Shown here piece after piece: positions 25,401 to 36,900 of a stretch of 57,005 nt of DNA. Numbering within the stretch: the first letter of the stretch is position 1; each line of letters opens with the position of its first letter. This DNA comes from Nemertoderma westbladi (Eukaryota; Animalia; Xenacoelomorpha): positions 1 to 57,005 of the forward strand of contig JAUCBJ010009098.1 in NCBI GenBank assembly GCA_032718475.1, written 5' to 3'. Position numbers and translations under genes: made by a program. The notes below the pieces were generated by a model. It was given only the letters and a program-made list of their open reading frames with translations. It was not told the origin of the DNA and made no database searches.

Positions 25401-28243
25401 GACTTTCTTACCTTTAGGAACCCGCGGACTTCCAAAAGGACTTTCTTACCTTTAGGAACCCGTGGACTTCCAAAAGGACTTCCTTACCTTTAGGTACCCG
25501 TGGACTTCCAAAAGGACTTCCTTACCTTTAGGAACCCGTGGACTTCCAAAAGGACTTCCTTACCTTTAGGAACCCGTGGACTTCCAAAAGGACTTCCTTA
25601 CCTTTAGGAACCCGCGGACTTCCAAAAAGACTTACTTACCTTTAGGAACCCGCGGACTTCCAAAAGGACTTCCTTACCTTTAGGAACCCGTGGACTTCCA
25701 AAAGGACTTCCTTACCTTTAGGAACCCGTGGACTTCCAAAAGGACTTCCTTACCTTTAGGAACCCGCGGACTTCCAAAAAGACTTACTTACCTTTAGGAA
25801 CCCGCGGACTTCCAAAAGGACTTCCTTACCTTTAGGAACCCGTGGACTTCCAAAAGGACTTCCTTACCTTTAGGAATCCGCGGTCTTCCAAAAGGACTTC
25901 CTTACCTTTAGGAACCCGTGGACTTCCAAAAGGACTTCCTTACCTTTAGGAACCCGCGGACTTCCAAAAGGACTTCCTTACCTTTAGGAACCCGTGGACT
26001 TCCAAAAGGACTTCCTTACCTTTAGGAACCCGCGGTCTTCCAAAAGGACTTCCTTACCTTTAGGTACCCGTGGACTTCCAAAAGGACTTCCTTACCTTTA
26101 GGAACCCGCGGTCTTCCAAAAGGACTTATTTACCTTTAGGAATCCGCGGACTTCCAAAAGGACTTCCTTACCTTTAGGTACCCGTGGACTTCCAAAAGGA
26201 CTTCCTTACCTTTAGGAATCCGCGGTCTTCCAAAAGGACTTCCTTACCTTTAGGTACCCGTGGACTTCCAAAAGGACTTCCTTACCTTTAGGAACCCGCG
26301 GTCTTCCAAAAGGACTTATTTACCTTTAGGAATCCGCGGACTTCCAAAAGGACTTCCTTACCTTTAGGAACCCGCGGTCTTCCAAAAGGACTTCCTTACC
26401 TTTAGGAATCCGCGGTCTTCCAAAAGGACTTCCTTACCTTTAGGAACCCGCTGGCTTCCAAAAGGCTTTCTTACCTTTAGGAACCCGCGGTCTTCCAAAA
26501 GGACTTCCTTACCTTTAGGAATCCGCGGTCTTCCAAAAGGACTTCCTTACCTTTAGGAATCCGCGGTCTTCCAAAAGGACTTCCTTACCTTTAGGAACCC
26601 GCGGTCTTCCAAAAGGACTTCCTTACCTTTAGGAACCCGTGGACTTCCAAAAGGACTTCCTTACCTTTAGGAATCCGTGGACTTCCAAAAGGACTTCCTT
26701 ACCTTTAGGTACCCGTGGACTTCCAAAAGGACTTCCTTACCTTTAGGAACCCGCGGACTTCCAAAAGGACTTCCTTACCTTTAGGAATCCGCGATCTTCC
26801 AAAAGGACTTCCTTACCTTTAGGAACCCGCGGACTTCCAAAAGGACTTCCTTACCTTTAGGAACCCGTGGACTTCCAAAAGGACTTCCTTACCTTTAGGA
26901 ACCCGTGGAGTTCCAAAAGGACTTCCTTACCTTTAGGAATCCGTGGACTTCCAAAAGGACTTCCTTACCTTTAGGAACCCGTGGACTTCCAAAAGGACTT
27001 TCTTACCTTTAGGAATCCGTGGAGTTCCAAAAGGACTTCCTTACCTTTAGGAACCCGCGGACTTCCAAAAGGACTTTCTTACCTTTAGGAATCCGCGATC
27101 TTCCAAAAGGACTTCCTTACCTTTAGGAACCCGCGGACTTCCAAAAGGACTTCCTTACCTTTAGGAATCCGTGGACTTCCAAAAGGACTTCCTTACCTTT
27201 AGGAACCCGTGGACTTCCAAAAAGACTTCCTTACCTTTAGGAATCCGTGGTCTTCCAAAAGGACTTCCTTACCTTTAGGAACCCGTGGAGTTCCAAAAGG
27301 ACTTCCTTACCTTTAGGAATCCGTGGACTTCCAAAAGGACTTCCTTACCTTTAGGAACCCGTGGACTTCCAAAAGGACTTCCTTACCTTTAGGAACCCGC
27401 GGACTTCCAAAAGGACTTCCTTACCTTTAGGAACCCGTGGACTTCCAAAAGGACTTCCTTACCTTTAGGAATCCGCGGTCTTCCAAAAGGACTTCCTTAC
27501 CTTTAGGAACCCGCGGTCTTCCAAAAGGACTTCCTTACCGTCAGGAACCCGTGGACTTCAAAAAGGACTTCCTTACCTTTAGGAACCCGCGGACTTCCAA
27601 AAGGACTTCCTTACATTTAGGAATCCGTGGACTTCCAAAAGGACTTCCTTACCTTTAGGAACCCGCGGCGTTCCAAAAGGACTTCCTTACCTTTAGGAAC
27701 CCGCGGCGTTCCAAAAGGACTTCCTTACCGTCAGGAACCCGTGGACTTCCTTACATTTAGGAACCCGCGGACTTCCAAAAGGACTTCCTTACCTTTAGGA
27801 ACCCGTGGACTTCCAAAAGGACTTCCTTACCTTTAGGAACCCGCGGCGTTCCAAAAGGACTTCCTTACCTTTAGGAACCCGCGGCGTTCCAAAAGGACTT
27901 CCTTACCGTCAGGAACCCGTGGACTTCCAAAAGGACTTCCTTACCTTTAGGAACCCGTGGACTTCCAAAAGGACTTCCTTACCTTTAGGAACCCGTAGAC
28001 TTCCAAAAGGACTTCCTTACCTTTAGGAACCCGTAGACTTCCAAAAGGACTTCCTTACCTTTAGGAACCCGCGGTCTTCCAAAAGGACTTCCTTACCTTT
28101 AGGAACCCGTGGACTTCCAAAAGGACTTCCTTACCTTTAGGAACCCGTGGACTTCCAAAAGGACTTCCTTACCTTTAGGAACCCGTGGACTTCCAAAAGG
28201 ACTTCCTTACCTTTAGGAACCCGTGGACTTCCAAAAGGACTTC
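10405..28243. repeat. 38-bp satellite, about 470 copies, equal to the exon end plus 5' splice site
   Basis: Minus-strand unit GAAGTCCTTTTGGAAGTCCACGGGTTCCTAAAG|GTAAG. The first copy is the end of exon 28211-28335. Confidence 0.97.
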
Positions 28244-28335
28244 ATCCAAATTGAGATCGGAGAAGAAACCATCTGATTTCATCCGTTTCCACAAACATTT
28301 CATAGGTAAGTTGATATGTCGGTCGTCTACCATAT
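28211..28335 (-). CDS. CKAP5: CKAP5 penultimate exon (not in ORF track)
   Basis: Acceptor tttctag|AT and donor AAG|gtaagg; 125 nt. Translates (D)MVDDRHINLPMKCLWKRMKSDGFFSDLNLDEVLLEVHGFLK, with the conserved MKCLW and L..+LL++H.F+K motifs. Confidence 0.92.
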
Positions 28336-28342
28336 CTAGAAA

Positions 28343-30648
28343 TGAAAGTAGACATTAGTGTAACTGAAAGTAGACATTAGTGTCACTGATGATGATGATC
28401 GGCTTGCACTAGGGTGCAGTGCCGGCGGCCCCAGAAACATAGCGCCCCCAGATCTTGCGGTCAGCCATACAATTTCCTAATTCATTCCTGTTCTCAAGTC
28501 CTGTGTCCTTGAGCAGGCGTTTGAGGAAAGTCATTGGCTGTCCACCACGTCTATTCTCGCCAGCAGGCTGCCACAGCACAAGGTTGTGTACAGGTTGATC
28601 CTGCCGGCGGAAACAGTGCCCAGCAAGCATTAGACGGCGTTTCTGCAGGGGGATGCTAGGTCTTGGCAATGAGATGTTACCATATTTATATAACACCTCA
28701 TTGCTTATGTGTGCATCATATGCTATGTTGTGCACCCGGCGAAGCATCCTGGTGTATGTGCCATCCAAGGACCTGGTGTCTTCAGCAGTTAGAGCCCAGC
28801 ATGGGCTGCCATAGAGCAGCACAGGCTCCACTGCTGCACGGAAAAGGCGTACCTTTAAAGAGCATGAGATGTCAGAGCTCTTCCAGATCCTGGATAGCTT
28901 GTGGATTGCGGACCAGGCTTTCCCTTTGCGAATTCGGAGATCTTCATCAGACCTCCGAACCCATGATCCAAGGTAGCAGAAGTCGTTCACATGACTTACC
29001 AGTCCATCCAGCGATTGAATGTTATCCCAATCAATTTTCTGCTGATCTGAATCCATGTTTACTGTCAGAATTTTGGTCTTTGTGCTATTCACAAAGAGGC
29101 CAACACTAGATGCAGCCTCCTCTAAGCTAGATAGCAGCTTCTGTGCTCCTTCTAATGTCTCTGACAGTAAACCAAGGTCATCTGCAAAGTCAAAGTCGGT
29201 TAGATGTTCTGCTGAGGAACCACGTCTACGGCTACCTGATGGTGGAGATATTTCCACCCCATCAGCTTCATGAAGATCGAGTGATGTCCGCAGCACATAG
29301 TCCACCACAATAATGAAGAGGAACGGGGCTAATGTGTCTCCTTGAAGGACACCCCAGAGAACCTCAAATGGGTCTGTGTCTCCATCAGTAGTGGATACAA
29401 AGGTCGTGGAACCGTCATATACTGATCTGATTGCATTAATGATCTCATTGGGGATCCCATATGCCTGAAGAATTTGGAACATGCGTTTCTGTGCTCCTTC
29501 TAATGTCTCTGACAGTAAACCAAGGTCATCTGCAAAGTCAAGGTCGGTTAGATGTTCTGCTGGGGAACCACGTCTACGGCTACCTGATGGTGGAGATATT
29601 TCCACCCCATCAGCTTCATGAAGATCGAGTGATGTCCGCAGCACATAGTCCACCACAATAATGAAGAGGAACGGGGCTAATGTGTCTCCTTGAAGGACAC
29701 CCCAGAGAACCTCAAATGGGTCTGTGTCTCCATCAGTAGTGGATACAAAGGTCGTGGAACCGTCATATACTGATCTGATTGCATTAATGATCTCATTGGG
29801 GATCCCATATGCCTCAAGAATTTGGACCATGCGTGGGCGTGACACGGAATCGAAGGCCTTGAAGAAATCCACAAATATGACAGCCAAATGTCTGTCTTTC
29901 TTTGTAGAAACCTCTTCAATAATCCTTCTAAGTGCCAGAATGGGTTCAAAGGTACCTCTACCTTTTCGAAACCCATTTTGATTCCCACGCAAGAGTCTTT
30001 CTACAGGATCCCTAATGCGATTCAGCATTATTCTGTTGAATAATTTAGCTGCAATTGAGATTAGACTAATTCCACGATATGAACCAAAATAGGAGAGGTT
30101 GCCCTTCTTTGGAACGGGTGTTAGCCGATTAGTCTTCAGTTCTTGTGGTGCAATCTTAGTGCGGTACATTTCTACTAGGATAGGGTGGGCTAGTTGAAGG
30201 CATTCTCTGATCTTAAAGACCTCGGGAGGCACATCATCAACACCAGATGCCCTATTGGTTTTAATGTCATTCGAAGCAGTGTCACTGAAAGTAGACATTA
30301 GTGTCACTGAAAGTAGACATTAGTGTCACTGAAAGTAGACATTAGTGTCACTGAAAGTAGACATTAGTGTCACTGAAAGTAGACATTAGTGTCACTGAAA
30401 GTAGACATTAGTGTAACTGAAAGTATACATTAGTGTAACTGAAAGTAGACATTAGTGTCACTGAAAGTAGACATTAGTGTCACTGAAAGTAGACATTAGT
30501 GTCACTGAAAGTAGACATTAGTGTCACTGAAAGTAGACATTAGTGTCACTGAAAGTAGACATTAGTGTCACTGAAAGTAGACATTAGTGTCACTGAAAGT
30601 AGACATTAGTGTCACTGAAAGTAGACATTAGTGTCACTGAAAGTAGAT
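28343..30648. repeat. 22-bp minisatellite (about 19 copies) split by the LINE insertion
   Basis: Unit agtgtcactgaaagtagacatt at 28343-28389 and 30278-30648. Confidence 0.93.
28390..30277 (-). mobile_element. 5'-truncated RTE-like LINE (reverse transcriptase) with target-site duplication
   Basis: Uninterrupted RT frame: YRGISL, QNGFRKGR, FVDFFKAFDSV, GVLQGDTLAPFLF, DFADD, FCYLGS. (ATC)n 3' tail. agtgtcactga is duplicated at 28379-28389 and 30278-30288. Confidence 0.93.
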
Positions 30649-30694
30649 ATTAATATAAAACGTGTATTTATCTGTAATCGAGCAGGCGACTGAC

Positions 30695-30893
30695 CGGTTT
30701 TGAGTCCGTCAGTGAGGAGTTTTATAAGAACACAGGTGACGTCGGTACAGTGGCAGTTGAGAACCGTGCGGATGAGTATGCAGTTAAAGGAACGAACGAG
30801 TTGGGAAGATTGATCGTCGTTGTTGAGAAAACGAGAATCTGTCATCAGGTTGAAGTAGATCTGTAGACAGTCGCGCAAAACATCCCGGCTGAT
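30695..30893 (-). CDS. CKAP5: CKAP5 exon
   Basis: Acceptor ctatatag|ATC and donor ACC G|gtcagt; 199 nt. Translates ISRDVLRDCLQIYFNLMTDSRF...QLVRSFNCILIRTVL...LLTDGLKT. Confidence 0.88.
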
Positions 30894-30955
30894 CTATATA
30901 GATGGAGATAATATCCAGACAAGTGAAATAATGTTTCTCAAACCTACAACTATAA

Positions 30956-33900
30956 CACTCACCTCTCTATATAAGGAACACCAACCAATCAGCACTCACC
31001 TCTCTATATAAGGAACACCAACCAATCAGCACTCACCTCTCTATATAAGGAACACCAACCAATCAGCACTCACCTCTCTATATAAGGAACACCAACCAAT
31101 CAGCTCTCACCTCTCTATATAAGGAACACCAACCAATCAGCACTCACCTCTCTATATAAGGAACACCAACCAATCAGCACTCACCTCTCTATATAAGGAA
31201 CACCAACCAATCAGCACTCACCTCTCTATATAAGGAACACCAACCAATCAGCACTCACCTCTCTATATAAGGAACACCAACCAATCAGCACTCACCTCTC
31301 TATATAAGGAACACCAACCAATCAGCACTCACCTCTCTATATAAGGAACACCAACCAATCAGCACTCACCTCTCTATATAAGGAACACCAACCAATCAGC
31401 ACTCACCTCTCTATATAAGGAACACCAACCAATCAGCACTCACCTCTCTATATAAGGAACACCAACCAATCAGCACTCACCTCTCTATATAAGGAACACC
31501 AACCAATCAGCACTCACCTCTCTATATAAGGAACACCAACCAATCAGCACTCACCTCTCTATATAAGGAACACCAACCAATCAGCACTCACCTCTCTATA
31601 TAAGGAACACCAACCAATCAGCACTCACCTCTCTATATAAGGAACACCAACCAATCAGCACTCACCTCTCTATATAAGGAACACCAACCAATCAGCACTC
31701 ACCTCTCTATATAAGGAACACCAACCAATCAGCATCACCTCTCTATATAAGGAACACCAACCAATCAGCACTCACCTCTCTATATAAGGAACACCAACCA
31801 ATCAGCATCACCTCTCTATATAAGGAACACCAACCAATCAGCACTCACCTCTCTATATAAGGAACACCAACCAATCAGCACTCACCTCTCTATATAAGGA
31901 ACACCAACCAATCAGCACTCACCTCTCTATATAAGGAACACCAACCAATCAGCACTCACCTCTCTATATAAGGAACACCAACCAATCAGCACTCACCTCT
32001 CTATATAAGGAACACCAACCAATCAGCACTCACCTCTCTATATAAGGAACACCAACCAATCAGCACTCACCTCTCTATATAAGGAACACCAACCAATCAG
32101 CACTCACCTCTCTATATAAGGAACACCAACCAATCAGCACTCACCTCTCTATATAAGGAACACCAACCAATCAGCACTCACCTCTCTATATAAGGAACAC
32201 CAACCAATCAGCACTCACCTCTCTATATAAGGAACACCAACCAATCAGCACTCACCTCTCTATATAAGGAACACCAACCAATCAGCACTCACCTCTCTAT
32301 ATAAGGAACACCAACCAATCAGCACTCACCTCTCTATATAAGGAACACCAACCAATCAGCACTCACCTCTCTATATAAGGAACACCAACCAATCAGCACT
32401 CACCTCTCTATATAAGGAACACCAACCAATCAGCACTCACCTCTCTATATAAGGAACACCAACCAATCAGCACTCACCTCTCTATATAAGGAACACCAAC
32501 CAATCAGCACTCACCTCTCTATATAAGGAACACCAACCAATCAGCACTCACCTCTCTATATAAGGAACACCAACCAATCAGCACTCACCTCTCTATATAA
32601 GGAACACCAACCAATCAGCACTCACCTCTCTATATAAGGAACACCAACCAATCAGCACTCACCTCTCTATATAAGGAACACCAACCAATCAGCACTCACC
32701 TCTCTATATAAGGAACACCAACCAATCAGCACTCACCTCTCTATATAAGGAACACCAACCAATCAGCACTCACCTCTCTATATAAGGAACACCAACCAAT
32801 CAGCACTCACCTCTCTATATAAGGAACACCAACCAATCAGCACTCACCTCTCTATATAAGGAACACCAACCAATCAGCACTCACCTCTCTATATAAGGAA
32901 CACCAACCAATCAGCACTCACCTCTCTATATAAGGAACACCAACCAATCAGCACTCACCTCTCTATATAAGGAACACCAACCAATCAGCACTCACCTCTC
33001 TATATAAGGAACACCAACCAATCAGCACTCACCTCTCTATATAAGGAACACCAACCAATCAGCACTCACCTCTCTATATAAGGAACACCAACCAATCAGC
33101 ACTCACCTCTCTATATAAGGAACACCAACCAATCAGCACTCACCTCTCTATATAAGGAACACCAACCAATCAGCACTCACCTCTCTATATAAGGAACACC
33201 AACCAATCAGCACTCACCTCTCTATATAAGGAACACCAACCAATCAGCACTCACCTCTCTATATAAGGAACACCAACCAATCAGCACTCACCTCTCTATA
33301 TAAGGAACACCAACCAATCAGCACTCACCTCTCTATATAAGGAACACCAACCAATCAGCACTCACCTCTCTATATAAGGAACACCAACCAATCAGCACTC
33401 ACCTCTCTATATAAGGAACACCAACCAATCAGCACTCACCTCTCTATATAAGGAACACCAACCAATCAGCACTCACCTCTCTATATAAGGAACACCAACC
33501 AATCAGCACTCACCTCTCTATATAAGGAACACCAACCAATCAGCACTCACCTCTCTATATAAGGAACACCAACCAATCAGCACTCACCTCTCTATATAAG
33601 GAACACCAACCAATCAGCACTCACCTCTCTATATAAGGAACACCAACCAATCAGCACTCACCTCTCTATATAAGGAACACCAACCAATCAGCACTCACCT
33701 CTCTATATAAGGAACACCAACCAATCAGCACTCACCTCTCTATATAAGGAACACCAACCAATCAGCACTCACCTCTCTATATAAGGAACACCAACCAATC
33801 AGCACTCACCTCTCTATATAAGGAACACCAACCAATCAGCACTCACCTCTCTATATAAGGAACACCAACCAATCAGCACTCACCTCTCTATATAAGGAAC

Positions 33901-36900
33901 ACCAACCAATCAGCACTCACCTCTCTATATAAGGAACACCAACCAATCAGCACTCACCTCTCTATATAAGGAACACCAACCAATCAGCACTCACCTCTCT
34001 ATATAAGGAACACCAACCAATCAGCACTCACCTCTCTATATAAGGAACACCAACCAATCAGCACTCACCTCTCTATATAAGGAACACCAACCAATCAGCA
34101 CTCACCTCTCTATATAAGGAACACCAACCAATCAGCACTCACCTCTCTATATAAGGAACACCAACCAATCAGCACTCACCTCTCTATATAAGGAACACCA
34201 ACCAATCAGCACTCACCTCTCTATATAAGGAACACCAACCAATCAGCACTCACCTCTCTATATAAGGAACACCAACCAATCAGCACTCACCTCTCTATAT
34301 AAGGAACACCAACCAATCAGCACTCACCTCTCTATATAAGGAACACCAACCAATCAGCACTCACCTCTCTATATAAGGAACACCAACCAATCAGCACTCA
34401 CCTCTCTATATAAGGAACACCAACCAATCAGCACTCACCTCTCTATATAAGGAACACCAACCAATCAGCACTCACCTCTCTATATAAGGAACACCAACCA
34501 ATCAGCACTCACCTCTCTATATAAGGAACACCAACCAATCAGCACTCACCTCTCTATATAAGGAACACCAACCAATCAGCACTCACCTCTCTATATAAGG
34601 AACACCAACCAATCAGCACTCACCTCTCTATATAAGGAACACCAACCAATCAGCACTCACCTCTCTATATAAGGAACACCAACCAATCAGCACTCACCTC
34701 TCTATATAAGGAACACCAACCAATCAGCACTCACCTCTCTATATAAGGAACACCAACCAATCAGCACTCACCTCTCTATATAAGGAACACCAACCAATCA
34801 GCACTCACCTCTCTATATAAGGAACACCAACCAATCAGCACTCACCTCTCTATATAAGGAACACCAACCAATCAGCACTCACCTCTCTATATAAGGAACA
34901 CCAACCAATCAGCACTCACCTCTCTATATAAGGAACACCAACCAATCAGCACTCACCTCTCTATATAAGGAACACCAACCAATCAGCACTCACCTCTCTA
35001 TATAAGGAACACCAACCAATCAGCACTCACCTCTCTATATAAGGAACACCAACCAATCAGCACTCACCTCTCTATATAAGGAACACCAACCAATCAGCAC
35101 TCACCTCTCTATATAAGGAACACCAACCAATCAGCACTCACCTCTCTATATAAGGAACACCAACCAATCAGCACTCACCTCTCTATATAAGGAACACCAA
35201 CCAATCAGCACTCACCTCTCTATATAAGGAACACCAACCAATCAGCACTCACCTCTCTATATAAGGAACACCAACCAATCAGCACTCACCTCTCTATATA
35301 AGGAACACCAACCAATCAGCACTCACCTCTCTATATAAGGAACACCAACCAATCAGCACTCACCTCTCTATATAAGGAACACCAACCAATCAGCACTCAC
35401 CTCTCTATATAAGGAACACCAACCAATCAGCACTCACCTCTCTATATAAGGAACACCAACCAATCAGCACTCACCTCTCTATATAAGGAACACCAACCAA
35501 TCAGCACTCACCTCTCTATATAAGGAACACCAACCAATCAGCACTCACCTCTCTATATAAGGAACACCAACCAATCAGCACTCACCTCTCTATATAAGGA
35601 ACACCAACCAATCAGCACTCACCTCTCTATATAAGGAACACCAACCAATCAGCACTCACCTCTCTATATAAGGAACACCAACCAATCAGCACTCACCTCT
35701 CTATATAAGGAACACCAACCAATCAGCACTCACCTCTCTATATAAGGAACACCAACCAATCAGCACTCACCTCTCTATATAAGGAACACCAACCAATCAG
35801 CACTCACCTCTCTATATAAGGAACACCAACCAATCAGCACTCACCTCTCTATATAAGGAACACCAACCAATCAGCACTCACCTCTCTATATAAGGAACAC
35901 CAACCAATCAGCACTCACCTCTCTATATAAGGAACACCAACCAATCAGCACTCACCTCTCTATATAAGGAACACCAACCAATCAGCACTCACCTCTCTAT
36001 ATAAGGAACACCAACCAATCAGCACTCACCTCTCTATATAAGGAACACCAACCAATCAGCACTCACCTCTCTATATAAGGAACACCAACCAATCAGCACT
36101 CACCTCTCTATATAAGGAACACCAACCAATCAGCACTCACCTCTCTATATAAGGAACACCAACCAATCAGCACTCACCTCTCTATATAAGGAACACCAAC
36201 CAATCAGCACTCACCTCTCTATATAAGGAACACCAACCAATCAGCACTCACCTCTCTATATAAGGAACACCAACCAATCAGCACTCACCTCTCTATATAA
36301 GGAACACCAACCAATCAGCACTCACCTCTCTATATAAGGAACACCAACCAATCAGCACTCACCTCTCTATATAAGGAACACCAACCAATCAGCACTCACC
36401 TCTCTATATAAGGAACACCAACCAATCAGCATCACCTCTCTATATAAGGAACACCAACCAATCAGCACTCACCTCTCTATATAAGGAACACCAACCAATC
36501 AGCACTCACCTCTCTATATAAGGAACACCAACCAATCAGCACTCACCTCTCTATATAAGGAACACCAACCAATCAGCACTCACCTCTCTATATAAGGAAC
36601 ACCAACCAATCAGCACTCACCTCTCTATATAAGGAACACCAACCAATCAGCACTCACCTCTCTATATAAGGAACACCAACCAATCAGCACTCACCTCTCT
36701 ATATAAGGAACACCAACCAATCAGCACTCACCTCTCTATATAAGGAACACCAACCAATCAGCACTCACCTCTCTATATAAGGAACACCAACCAATCAGCA
36801 CTCACCTCTCTATATAAGGAACACCAACCAATCAGCACTCACCTCTCTATATAAGGAACACCAACCAATCAGCACTCACCTCTCTATATAAGGAACACCA

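Noticed and set aside
12960-28026. Series of 73-aa ORFs (MDFQKDFLTFRNP...)
   Set aside because: These are antisense translations of the satellite, arising where a variant unit removes a TAG.
10405-28243. CRISPR-like array of roughly 38-bp repeats
   Set aside because: There are no unique spacers and no cas genes; the units are head-to-tail and derive from a spliceosomal exon/intron junction.
28409-30307. 632-aa ORF as an intact RT gene or an RT-plus-repeat-array functional system
   Set aside because: Its N-terminus is translated 22-bp satellite. The element is a 5'-truncated LINE with a target-site duplication and no endonuclease, and nothing links it causally to the arrays.
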